DNA of 64,000 bases from assembly GCA_903830725.1 (NCBI GenBank), contig CAIKVH010000101.1, positions 2,043 to 66,042 of the forward strand. The letters are read 5' to 3'. Positions 18,493-28,400 of this stretch are shown piece after piece. How positions within the stretch are numbered: the stretch's first letter is position 1; each line of letters begins with the position of its first letter. Under the pieces are notes generated by a model, which saw only the letters and a program-made list of their open reading frames with translations, searched no databases and had not been told where the DNA came from. The stretch is from an uncultured Burkholderiales bacterium (GTDB lineage Bacteria > Pseudomonadota > Gammaproteobacteria > Burkholderiales > Burkholderiaceae_C). The translations under genes and the position numbers were made by a program.

Positions 18493-19134
18493 ATGATGAA
18501 GAAATTTACTCAACTATCCTTTATCGCTACTGTCCTCTTGGCCTCAGGTTGTGCGTCACCCCCACCGCCCCAGGCCACACAGGTCTATGTCCCGCCCCCC
18601 ACTGTTGTGAAGTACGGAGATTCGCAAAGTATTGAGACGGTAACTGCAGATTTCGGTTCAACGGACTTACAAACGATCACTGAAACTATGGTTCGCTCCA
18701 TGCTTCAAAGCAAAACCATTCAAAACAGCAAGTCCGCACCAACGGTTACCCTTGCAGAGGTTAAGAACCAAACGCGGGAGCCTATAAATACCCGAATGAT
18801 CACTGAGAAGGTTCGAACCCAGTTATTAAAGAGTGGGCAAGTCAGATTTGCAATCAGCTCCAATGAGATGCAATCTCAAGTGGATGAGCTTAAACGGCAA
18901 AACCAAACCGGAATGTATAGAAACGACGGTATATCCAAAACCGCCATGATGGAAGGAGCCAAGTACCGAATTACAGGTACTGTTTCAACCATTGTTAAAC
19001 AAAATAAAGACATGAAGGATATTTTCTATAACTTCACACTAAATTTGGTGAACAACGAGACGGGACTCATTGAGTGGGCCGAGGAAAAAGAAATCCGTAA
19101 AACCGTAACGCACCAAATAGGGGAATACAAATGA
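18493..19134 (+). CDS. lpoB: Penicillin-binding protein activator LpoB-family lipoprotein
   Basis: Lipobox LASGC, Pro-rich linker, FGSTDLQ...MVRSML...VKNQTREPINT..ITEK...GAKYRITG...IEWAEEKEIRK. Confidence 0.85.
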   Translation: MMKKFTQLSFIATVLLASGCASPPPPQATQVYVPPPTVVKYGDSQSIETVTADFGSTDLQTITETMVRSMLQSKTIQNSKSAPTVTLAEVKNQTREPINTRMITEKVRTQLLKSGQVRFAISSNEMQSQVDELKRQNQTGMYRNDGISKTAMMEGAKYRITGTVSTIVKQNKDMKDIFYNFTLNLVNNETGLIEWAEEKEIRKTVTHQIGEYK

Positions 19135-20336
19135 AGAAACAAGTAAAACCATACGCCCTTATTAGCCTGCTTTTGGGGACTGTGCTGCTAGTGTCAGGTT
19201 GCCACACCACTCCCTCCATTGACCTTAAAGCAAAAAGTAGTGGGTACGATCCCCTGAAGTACGGTCAATCCAAACAGCCTACAACTTTTGAGAATGATTC
19301 GAGCATACAGACGGCTAAGCCTAAGACGATAGCAGTAACGGATATTAGCTATTCAGCTGAGTTTAGAGATGCCTTTTATTTCGAAGAAAATAAAATAAAG
19401 AAATCTGACAACTCAAGTGATATCAACTCTGAATCCTCTGTCCCTCAGGTCATCGTCCCAAGTACATCTAGCCTGCCCGACAAACAGGAACTGGAATCAC
19501 CCACTTTAGAGAAACCCACTTCGACTCAGAAACAAAACCGTAGGTTTGACGACAAAAGGGTTGACATGCACACTGTCAACTTCATGACCGTTCAGGCCAA
19601 TGCACAGCAATTGCTGAGTGAACCTACCGCGCCACCTCCCCCGGCGGTCCCACCCGCAGATTTGAGTAAATTCCAAGCCCAACAAGATAAGATACCTGGG
19701 AGCATCAATAAAACTGAAACCACCAAAAGCTCTAATCTAGATCAGTCCTATACTAAGAAATACGGTACCGAGCGGAAAATAAATTACGGGGAAATCAGAG
19801 GGTTATCTGGACCCATCAAAGGGATGCTGCTTAAGTCTGGATACCGCGTCGTACAGGGACGGCCTAACATAGAGCGGCCTGATCAGAACGATGATTACTT
19901 TGACATCACCCGAAGAATTAGAGCGGGGGACTTTGAGGGTGCGGATTATGTACTTTACGGCGTCCTAGCTGGGATATCTAAATCTGAGAATTCTGCACCC
20001 ATCACAGGTACAGAGAACGCAATGACCATAAACGGACTGGATATCTCTGTTGACTTTAGTCTCATTGATACCAAAACCCTCCAAGTTGTGGCCTCTTTTA
20101 ATGCAAACGGCACTGGTAGCGATAACAGAATAGACGGACAGTCCGAGGGTTACAAACCTAATTTTGCCAAAATAATGCGCGGCGTATCTTCAACGCTTTC
20201 TGAGAATGTAGCTTATCAACTGGGTGCTCAACAGTTTGTCAAAAACGAGTTTGGAGATGTACAAAGTGGCCCACGTGTTATCCCTGGTACTGATAAATAC
20301 AGGAATGATGACACCAACCTCAGGGTTTATAAATAA
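19131..20336 (+). CDS. CsgG/LpoB-like lipoprotein with low-complexity insertion
   Basis: Lipobox VSGC; TIAVTDISY...IKGMLLKSGYRVVQG...IRAGDFEGADYVLYG...VDFSLIDTKTLQVVASFNANG; S/T/P/Q-rich insert. ATGA overlap with lpoB. Confidence 0.7.
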   Translation: MKKQVKPYALISLLLGTVLLVSGCHTTPSIDLKAKSSGYDPLKYGQSKQPTTFENDSSIQTAKPKTIAVTDISYSAEFRDAFYFEENKIKKSDNSSDINSESSVPQVIVPSTSSLPDKQELESPTLEKPTSTQKQNRRFDDKRVDMHTVNFMTVQANAQQLLSEPTAPPPPAVPPADLSKFQAQQDKIPGSINKTETTKSSNLDQSYTKKYGTERKINYGEIRGLSGPIKGMLLKSGYRVVQGRPNIERPDQNDDYFDITRRIRAGDFEGADYVLYGVLAGISKSENSAPITGTENAMTINGLDISVDFSLIDTKTLQVVASFNANGTGSDNRIDGQSEGYKPNFAKIMRGVSSTLSENVAYQLGAQQFVKNEFGDVQSGPRVIPGTDKYRNDDTNLRVYK

Positions 20337-21415
20337 TGGCGAAAAACCCGTCCTTGGACTCCACTGGCTCAAAATTTGACCCTGACCATAAATCAACCAA
20401 AGAATACTCTACACTTGGGGAATCGTTTGTCTGGGTCGCACCAAAAATGAGTAGTTTAGAGCGCTTACACCGAATCAAGTACATGATCCAGTCTCGTGGT
20501 TGTGTGCCGTTGCAAGATTTCCTGGAACAACTGGAAATCTCTCAGGCCACATTCAAGCGAGACTTGGAATATTTGCGCAATAGACTTAATGCAGACATCA
20601 AGTACGACCGCTTTATGGGCGGATATTGCTTTGACAAACCCAAACAAGATAAGAAAGTTGAGTTGCCGGGTCTGTGGTTCACAGAGAAGGAGGCAACTGC
20701 CCTCGTCCTCATGCAACACCTATTGTCTCAAATGGACAAGGGAAGCCTAATTGGTCCTCACATTGCACCGCTCACATCGATAATAGACGGCATACTCGGG
20801 CAGGAGGAGACACCAGCCAAAGAGCTCCGTAAACGCCTCAAGGTGTTTGGAGCCTCGGCGAGAAAGACTGCGATAGAGAGCTTTGAGGAAATTGGTGGGG
20901 CACTTTTAAAGCGTCACCGACTACAAATCTCTCATTACTCTAGATCGAATGATACATTAACAGATCGAGAGATATCACCACAGAGGCTGATTTTTTACAA
21001 AGGCAACTGGTACTTAGATGCTTACTGTCATTTGAGGAATGATCTGCGCAGTTTCTCAGTTGACGGCATTCGCAGCGCATCTGTTGTCTTTAAAAAATGC
21101 AATGAAATAAGTGATAAACAGTTAAATGAATATTTCTCTGAGAGTTACGGCATTTTTTCAGGTAAAGCAACGCAACACGTTAAATTGAAATTTACAGCTG
21201 AGCGCGCAAGATGGGTATCCGCAGAGGAATGGCACCCAAACCAAGTTTCAAGCTTTGATAGCGAAGGCAATTATCATTTGGAGTTTGATTACAGTCACGA
21301 CCCGGAATTAATTATGGATATCTTGAAACACGGTTCTGGGGTTGAAGTTTTATCACCTGCAAGTCTCAAGACGAAAATTAAAAACGAAATATCAAAGATG
21401 CTTAAGAAATATTAA
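20336..21415 (+). CDS. YafY/PafC-like HTH-WYL-WCX transcriptional regulator
   Basis: HTH LEQLEISQATFKRDLEYLR; WYL motif ISPQRLIFYKGNWYLDAYCHLRNDLRSFSVDGI; WCX EEWHPNQ...DILKHGSGVEVLSP. Alternative start ATG 20447. Confidence 0.92.
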   Translation: MAKNPSLDSTGSKFDPDHKSTKEYSTLGESFVWVAPKMSSLERLHRIKYMIQSRGCVPLQDFLEQLEISQATFKRDLEYLRNRLNADIKYDRFMGGYCFDKPKQDKKVELPGLWFTEKEATALVLMQHLLSQMDKGSLIGPHIAPLTSIIDGILGQEETPAKELRKRLKVFGASARKTAIESFEEIGGALLKRHRLQISHYSRSNDTLTDREISPQRLIFYKGNWYLDAYCHLRNDLRSFSVDGIRSASVVFKKCNEISDKQLNEYFSESYGIFSGKATQHVKLKFTAERARWVSAEEWHPNQVSSFDSEGNYHLEFDYSHDPELIMDILKHGSGVEVLSPASLKTKIKNEISKMLKKY

Positions 21416-21562
21416 CAAAAATATTTTTGACGATTTGAAGTGCGTTTCCCACAGGAGAATTCAAACCTTCTCCTAGGGAAAACACCCCTCAACTGTATTT
21501 AGTTTAAAAGGAATAATACCAAGCTCCATCAATTACATAAAACGGCATCATTTAAACTATTT

Positions 21563-22657
21563 TTGAATGAAATACTCATGAAACGTTTTAATAAAATACC
21601 GAATAAACTTCACAACAAGAGTGCAAATAAGACATTTTTTAGTATTATTTATCGGTTGCGAATACCCAATTTACGCGGTTTGTTAACTTCACTTGCTCTG
21701 AGTGTTGCTGCAATTACATCATTTGCTCAAACAGTCCCATCTGCCAATCCCGCAGATACCTATCCAAGCAAGCCCATTCGAATAGTAGTCCCTGTTGCTG
21801 CGGGTGGAACGGTGGATATTGTGGCTAGAGCAGTAGCCCTTGAACTATCTAAGTCACTCGGACAACCTGTCCTAGTAGAAAATCGCCCTAGTGCTGCTTC
21901 TTTGGTTGGTACGTTAAGTGTTGCTCACGCAGCGCCCGATGGATACACCCTTTTAGCCAGTTCTGGAACCTTCTTGTCAGCCGCTGTCATTCTTCCCAAT
22001 GCGGGGTATGACCCTATAAAAGACTTTGCACCTGTTTCCTTAACGTGCAAAGTTCCCATGCTAATGATTACGAGTCCTGATACGCCAGCAAAAAATATCG
22101 GCGAACTCGTTAAATACGCTAAGTTGCACCCGAGTGAAATATCTGCCGCAAGCTCAGGGAACGGCTCTACAGGGCACATTGCAAGCGAAGTCTTTGCGAG
22201 TCGGGCGGGGGTTAAATTTCTGAATGTTTTTTACAAAGGGAACTCTCAAGCCATGGTGGACGTCATGGGCGGACAAGCCAACCTGATGTTCGACCAAATC
22301 AGCACAGCAGGCGTTCAGTACAAGACCGGCAAACTAAAGGCGCTGGCAATCACTAGTTTAAAGAGGTCCCCTCTTTTCCCCGAAATACCAACCATTTCAG
22401 AGTCTGGTTATCAAGGTTATGAGGACGTTACGTTAAATTTTATTTTGGCCCCCGCAGGCACCCCTAAAGAAATAACCACTAAACTTAATTTTGAAATACA
22501 AAAGATTTTTAAGAACAAAGAGTTGATCTCTAGATTTGCAGAAAAAGGCATTGATTTAACAGCCAGTCCGTCGACCGACGATTTCAAAGCGATGATCAAA
22601 AGTGAGGTTGATAGACTTACTTTACTGGTCTCTACAGCAGGCATTAAGCCTGAATAA
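21563..22657 (+). CDS. Bug/TctC tripartite tricarboxylate transporter substrate-binding protein
   Basis: YPSKPIRIVVPVAAGGTVDIVAR, VLVENRP, APDGYTLL, YDPIKDFAPV motifs; true start probably slightly downstream. Confidence 0.95.
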   Translation: MNEILMKRFNKIPNKLHNKSANKTFFSIIYRLRIPNLRGLLTSLALSVAAITSFAQTVPSANPADTYPSKPIRIVVPVAAGGTVDIVARAVALELSKSLGQPVLVENRPSAASLVGTLSVAHAAPDGYTLLASSGTFLSAAVILPNAGYDPIKDFAPVSLTCKVPMLMITSPDTPAKNIGELVKYAKLHPSEISAASSGNGSTGHIASEVFASRAGVKFLNVFYKGNSQAMVDVMGGQANLMFDQISTAGVQYKTGKLKALAITSLKRSPLFPEIPTISESGYQGYEDVTLNFILAPAGTPKEITTKLNFEIQKIFKNKELISRFAEKGIDLTASPSTDDFKAMIKSEVDRLTLLVSTAGIKPE

Positions 22658-22670
22658 AACCAACAACTTA

Positions 22671-23468
22671 ATGACGAAGATGAAATACGACACCCATTTT
22701 GAATGCGTTAAAAACACTGTTTCCGAGCAGGAATGGAACACCCGTGTTGAACTCGCCGCCTGTTATAGATTGGTTGATCTATACGGTATGACCGATTTAA
22801 TCTATAACCACATCACAGCCCGTATCCCCGGAACAGATCATTTGTTGATCAACCTCTACGGCCTGCTTTACAAAGAAATTACTGCATCGAGTCTAGTCAA
22901 AATTGATGTTGAGGGAAATATCATTTCTAAACCCGATACGGATTACGGTATCAATAAATCTGGATACGTTATTCACGGCGCCATTCACAAGGCCAGAGAG
23001 GATGTGAGTTGTGTTTTGCACACTCACAGCCGAGCCGGTATTGCAGTCTCCGCAATGAAATGCGGCCTTCTGCCCATGTCTCAAACCTCGATTAGATTTT
23101 TGAACCATATCGGATACCACGTCTACGAGGGACCCGCAATTGATCTAGAGGAGCGCAATAGACTTGTGGCCGATCTTGGCCAACATGACGCCATGATTCT
23201 AAAAAATCATGGCCTCTTGACTTGCGGTGCAACCGTTCAGCAAGCATTTAACACCATGTATCAATTAGAGATGGCTTGCCAAGCACAGGTTGATGCAATG
23301 GCAAGTAAAGCCGAGTTGGACATACCTAGCAGCCAAGTTCTTGAGCGAACTGCCCACCTCTATCAACCTACAACCAGAAGACCTTACGGGGTTTTAGAGT
23401 GGCCAGCGATGATTAGATACCTTGAGGCGAGTAGTAATAAATTAGACTATCCAAGATACGATACATAA
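22671..23468 (+). CDS. Class II aldolase/adducin family protein
   Basis: RVELAACYRL, NHITAR, IHGAIH, HTHS and ILKNHGLLT metal-binding His motifs. Confidence 0.93.
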   Translation: MTKMKYDTHFECVKNTVSEQEWNTRVELAACYRLVDLYGMTDLIYNHITARIPGTDHLLINLYGLLYKEITASSLVKIDVEGNIISKPDTDYGINKSGYVIHGAIHKAREDVSCVLHTHSRAGIAVSAMKCGLLPMSQTSIRFLNHIGYHVYEGPAIDLEERNRLVADLGQHDAMILKNHGLLTCGATVQQAFNTMYQLEMACQAQVDAMASKAELDIPSSQVLERTAHLYQPTTRRPYGVLEWPAMIRYLEASSNKLDYPRYDT

Positions 23469-23504
23469 GTAGTTACTTTGCGCAATCAAAGAACTGCGCG
23501 CTAA

Positions 23505-25448
23505 TTAAAGTGAATGCAGTGCATGGAGTCCCCCACTCCTAGAGAGTCGAGTTCTAATCGCCTCAAACAACACGGACTCTTTAGGGGCGATCCAGGTCAC
23601 CTTTTTCTTTGCTCGAGTCAATCCCGTATATATTAACTCCTTGGTCAACACTGCACTTCTCTCTTCAGGGATGATTAGGCATACCTGATCAAACTCTGAG
23701 CCTTGGGATTTATGAACGGTCATCGCAAAAACACTCTCCACAGAGTCGAGTCGAGAGGGGAGAATCCAACGAACAGCGTCCTCTGAGTGAGACGAATCAG
23801 CAGGAAATGCGACTCGCAGTTTCCCGTCCTTCTCCAGACAAATACCTACATCCCCATTTCGAAGATCTAAATGAGGATCATTTCGAGTCACCATTACGGG
23901 TCGCCCCGCGTACCAACCCTCCTCTGCGAAACCCAAGAGTCTAGGAATGACTTTATTAATGTAATTCACGCCCCAGGGGCCTTCTCTCACAGCGCATAAT
24001 ATTTGAAATCTGCCAAAAGCATCAAGAATTTCTTTGGCTCTTACGTGTTGCTGGGATTCATCTAGCGGCGGATTTGAGCGCGCTTGCTCCATAAGGTTTA
24101 AATAATGACTCCAAGAGTTTTTTAGAAACTCTTTTGTTTTGATTTCATTGAATTTTTTTATATCAAGACGTTCAATAGGATCTGGATCGGGTTGCTCCAT
24201 CATATCAATCAAGTCCAATTGAACTTTATTGGATTGACCTATTGAAGTCCAAACTTTCAGTTCACCCCACCGCTTTTTCAGCGCATCAATCTCCTTTGGT
24301 CCCCCAGCATTGATCATTTGAGCCCATTGACTTATCACTCCCCCGCCCTCGGATCTATGACTCTTTCGAAGCATAACAGTCTGTTGCGCAAGCGCGGAGC
24401 CCTCCCCAGCCCACCCACTCAAGTCATGCGTTGACAGCGCGCTCAGAGCACTTAAAGTATCGGATGAATAATTTCCCTTTGCAGCGTTTAGACACAACTG
24501 CCCAAGCACCGCTCCAGCCTCTACGGAGGCCAGTTGGTCTTGATCGCCAAGGAAAATAAGTCTCGTCCCTAACGCAGCACCGCCAAGTAAGCTATCCATC
24601 AAACTGAGGCTCACCATAGAGGCCTCATCAATCACAATTACGTCATAGGAGAGGTGATGGATGTCTTTACCTGCGTTTAATGAATTGATCTCCAAAAGTT
24701 TGTGTAACGTTACTGGTTTTTGTTTGATTTCGTACTGAAAATGCTGGGGTAATTTCCTAACCGCTGCGTTAATTGAAGCCCCCAGCCTTGCAGCAGCCTT
24801 GCCCGTTGGCGCGGCAAGCGCTATTCGAATTTCTTTTGACGCATCTTGCTTTCTCGCGTTCGTTATAAGTAGCGCTAATAATTTAGCCACCGTTGTCGTT
24901 TTGCCCGTCCCAGGACCGCCTGTGATGATCGTAAATAATTTTTGCGTTGCTACAGCGCAGGCTAGTTTTTGCCAATCCGCCTGATCGTGCTTTTCATCTG
25001 ACCCAAAGAGTTGCTCCAAATCTTCTTTTAAGTCCGAGAATTCAGGGCAAATCAAACTGAGTCTAGAACGTATCGATTGAATAATTCGCTGTTCAGCTTC
25101 CCAGTTTTTTCTCAAATACAGCAGTTCTTTATCCAGCACCAGTGGGCTGGTATGGCTGCCCTGTGCGCCCCCTTCCTTTGCCCAAGGCAAAGTCTTAGCG
25201 GACTGCGCCAAGTCCTTAGGAAGGGATTTAAATGCAAGCTCCTCAAGGGCTAAGGCCTTCCAATTACCGGACGCAAGCAGATTCAAATCCAAGCAGGTGT
25301 GCCCATTCATATACAAATGGCTAACAAGCGAGGCAAGTACTTTATGATTGGGCTCGTCGCTGGGCTCTTGTTCTTGCAAGAACTGGGCAAAAGCCAAGTC
25401 AAAGCGAGAGAATAAGGGTTTAGACTCCTTTTTGTTAAGCATTTTCAT
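23505..25448 (-). CDS. recD: Exodeoxyribonuclease V alpha subunit RecD
   Basis: TGGPGTGKTTT, DEASMV, GDQDQLASVEAGAVL, FAMTVHKSQGSEF, YTGLTRAK. Confidence 0.96.
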   Translation of the reverse strand: MKMLNKKESKPLFSRFDLAFAQFLQEQEPSDEPNHKVLASLVSHLYMNGHTCLDLNLLASGNWKALALEELAFKSLPKDLAQSAKTLPWAKEGGAQGSHTSPLVLDKELLYLRKNWEAEQRIIQSIRSRLSLICPEFSDLKEDLEQLFGSDEKHDQADWQKLACAVATQKLFTIITGGPGTGKTTTVAKLLALLITNARKQDASKEIRIALAAPTGKAAARLGASINAAVRKLPQHFQYEIKQKPVTLHKLLEINSLNAGKDIHHLSYDVIVIDEASMVSLSLMDSLLGGAALGTRLIFLGDQDQLASVEAGAVLGQLCLNAAKGNYSSDTLSALSALSTHDLSGWAGEGSALAQQTVMLRKSHRSEGGGVISQWAQMINAGGPKEIDALKKRWGELKVWTSIGQSNKVQLDLIDMMEQPDPDPIERLDIKKFNEIKTKEFLKNSWSHYLNLMEQARSNPPLDESQQHVRAKEILDAFGRFQILCAVREGPWGVNYINKVIPRLLGFAEEGWYAGRPVMVTRNDPHLDLRNGDVGICLEKDGKLRVAFPADSSHSEDAVRWILPSRLDSVESVFAMTVHKSQGSEFDQVCLIIPEERSAVLTKELIYTGLTRAKKKVTWIAPKESVLFEAIRTRLSRSGGLHALHSL

Positions 25449-28400
25449 CCAACACCTTTAAATGCTTCGTCAATTGACAAAATAAGTTCTTTGGGCGGGC
25501 GGTCTACAAATATACCCTGCGACTCAGAGTCCACCCCTCTTAGGTATAAATAAATTGCGCCCCCAATGTGCTCATCGTAATCGTAGCCTTGTAAACGCGA
25601 CTTAAGCAACCTGTGCAAAGCAAGCAGATAAAGTGTGTATTGAACGTCATAGCGGTGACTGAGTATTGATTCCTCTAAATCTATACCTGCGTAACCCGTC
25701 TTCAACAAATTTGACTTGTAATCGAGTACATAGTAGCGGCCCTCGGCCTCAAATACCAAATCCATAAATCCTGTCAGCATGCCTGACATTACTTTAGGTT
25801 GTAGCGCAGGCCTATCCCTTTTCGCAAGAACGTGGGCTGTAATGTGTGCATCTAAGCTCGCCACATTCATAGAGCCAATTGGTAAGGTAAAGCTCATCTC
25901 CGCCCAAGCGTTCTGCGAATTCAAATCGCTTAACAACAATGAACTCAAGGAGAAATTTTTGTCCCGATGTAAATGAGGCAGATTAGACAACTCAAGGACA
26001 TATTCAGTGTTAACTATATTGCCAATCCAATTCAGCAAAAGCTTTTGCTGCGTATCACTGAGTCCTATTTTGAGAGATTTGCTCTCAAACAAAGACATCC
26101 AATCAGTCGGGGTCGATGAATTAGGCGAGTTTGAGGAGAGTGGCCAATTTTGATTAAACTGCCATTCCAGTAAATCATGAAGCAAAACCCCGAATGCACT
26201 GCTTGACTTCAAAGCGTCGTACGGGGATTCATACGCTTGGGCATCGCCTATATCCTGCCCCTCCTTTAAAGTGTTAGGTTGTAGGGGATATTGTTGCGAT
26301 TCATCTTCGGGGAAGGAGCCAGGTGAGTTTGCAGAGCTGTCGACCTGCGCATCCGCAAACCTGTCGTAACTGGTACTCGACTCTGCATAAGCTCCCTCCT
26401 CAGACTTCGCTGCTCCTTTTGTAATATTACTAAAGCTAGCAATCCACCAATTCGTTGTGATTGTCTGGATGGGATCTCTTGCAGGTTTGTAGTTCACCGC
26501 GGTAAGCACAGGTACGTACTGCTCCTCAACAGGAATCGGCGCAGGCAAAACGGATATCTCACCGCATTTACTCCAAAGCGATAAACTCTGCACCAAATCC
26601 CCCGCGTCCTGTCGTTGTAACAAAACCGATACCGCACTTCGGGGGGTCTTGGATGTTTTAATGAAATCATCTTTGACTGGAGCCAAGCCCATCCAAAGCG
26701 CCTTTTGAGCCCGAGTAACAGCTACATAAAAAAGTCGAATGTCCTCCTCAATTCGGCTTTTATCATCGCGACCGGAATCTTTGTTCTCCGTCCTAAAATT
26801 GGATATGAACGGCAAAAACACAAGAGGAAACTCGAGACCCTTTGATTTATGAATGGTCAACACTCTCACCAAATTAGCCTCACTCTCAAGCCTCACCACA
26901 GAGGCATCCCCGGAGGACCTGGGATTGTTTAGTTGCTGCTCTAAGTAGCGAATAAGGGCTGCCTCTCCGTGCAACCCTAAGCTCACCGACTGCAATAAAT
27001 CCCCGAGATGGAGTAAATTGGTTAATACCCTTTCGCCGTTATAGAACTCAGCACTGTTTGAGTTCAAGAGCTTTTGTGCAATTGAGTTATCGTGAATCAG
27101 TCGGTACAACATCGGCAAAAGACCTTGCTTTTGCCAAATCGTCTGATATCTGTGAAATTCTTCGATCAGCAAGTCCCATTGCCCCTCACTATGAATGAGT
27201 TGCTCTAGCTGACTAAAGTTAAGTCCCCAAATTCTTGTGGACACCGCAGCTCGCAGGTTTTTAGTAGACTTTGGATTCGCTGCAGCAAGAAGAATCAACC
27301 TAAGCTCAAAAGCCTCCTCTGTTGCGTAAACACTCTCCTTATCGGACAGATACACACTTCTAACGCCCAAGCGGGCTAGGGCCTGGCGTATAGCAGTCGC
27401 CTCCTTAACATCTCGAACAAGTACTGCCATCTCATTGGGCTCGGCTGCTCGGGAATTGAGCAAGGCCACCATTTCAGCCGCAAATACCGCAGACATTTCC
27501 TTTTTGTAATTGGTATTGTTCAAAGGCTTATTCGCCGCAGAGTGCCACACAGTCACCGCAGGTTGCTCTTTAAGCTTCGCACCACCCCCCTTATCTTTAA
27601 CCAAAAGGGGTGCAATTTCTTTACCCGGATCAACCTCTAAGAATTCAACATCCTTAAATGGATTTTGCGCATTCAGAAAAATATGATTGACCGCTGAAAT
27701 CAACTGGCTCGTTGATCTGTAATTTTTAGGAAGCGTATAAATATTACCTATTTCATGGTTCCTTGCCTTCAAATACGTCTCAAGGTCTGCACCTCTAAAA
27801 CCGTAGATCGCTTGCTTAGGATCGCCGATAATAATTAAAGCTGAATCCTTTTGTGGCGCGTCTACGTAAATTTTCTTCAAAGTACCGTATTGCCATGGGT
27901 CAGTGTCTTGGAATTCATCCACAAGGGCTACAGGATATTGGGCCCTAATCGTGGTGGCAAGCGCGGAGCCTTCTGCGTTGACTGCGTGATAAAGATTTTG
28001 CAGTAAATCAGAAAAGTCGAATTGCCCTGTTATTGATTTAGTCCTGTCATAAATACTTTGTATTTCGTTTGTAACGTGATTTAAGATGGAATCAAAAAGG
28101 GGTTTTTGGGTCAAACATTGCACCAGTTCATCTAAATGCCTTAACTCTGAATACTCATCAGCATTGATCACCCCGTTCCGCTTTAGCTCAGAGGCAGAGA
28201 ACTGCTTCAGAACTACCAAATCCTCCCCCATACCTTCAAGACACTTCATTACCTTTTTAAGACGAGGTGTCACTTTACCCGCTGTATATTCCTCACTCAT
28301 TGTTGGGTTGGAGTTCTTAACGTCTTTAATTATTTTCTTTAATTTTTCAACAAACTCCTCGTTCCACTGCAACTTAGTGGCTTCTCTCTTCTTGTTAAAC

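Noticed and set aside
21446-21490. Hairpin TTCCCACAGGAGAA / TTCTCCTAGGGAA after the WYL gene
   Set aside because: The stem is bulged with no U-tract, so it cannot be called a terminator or operator from sequence alone.
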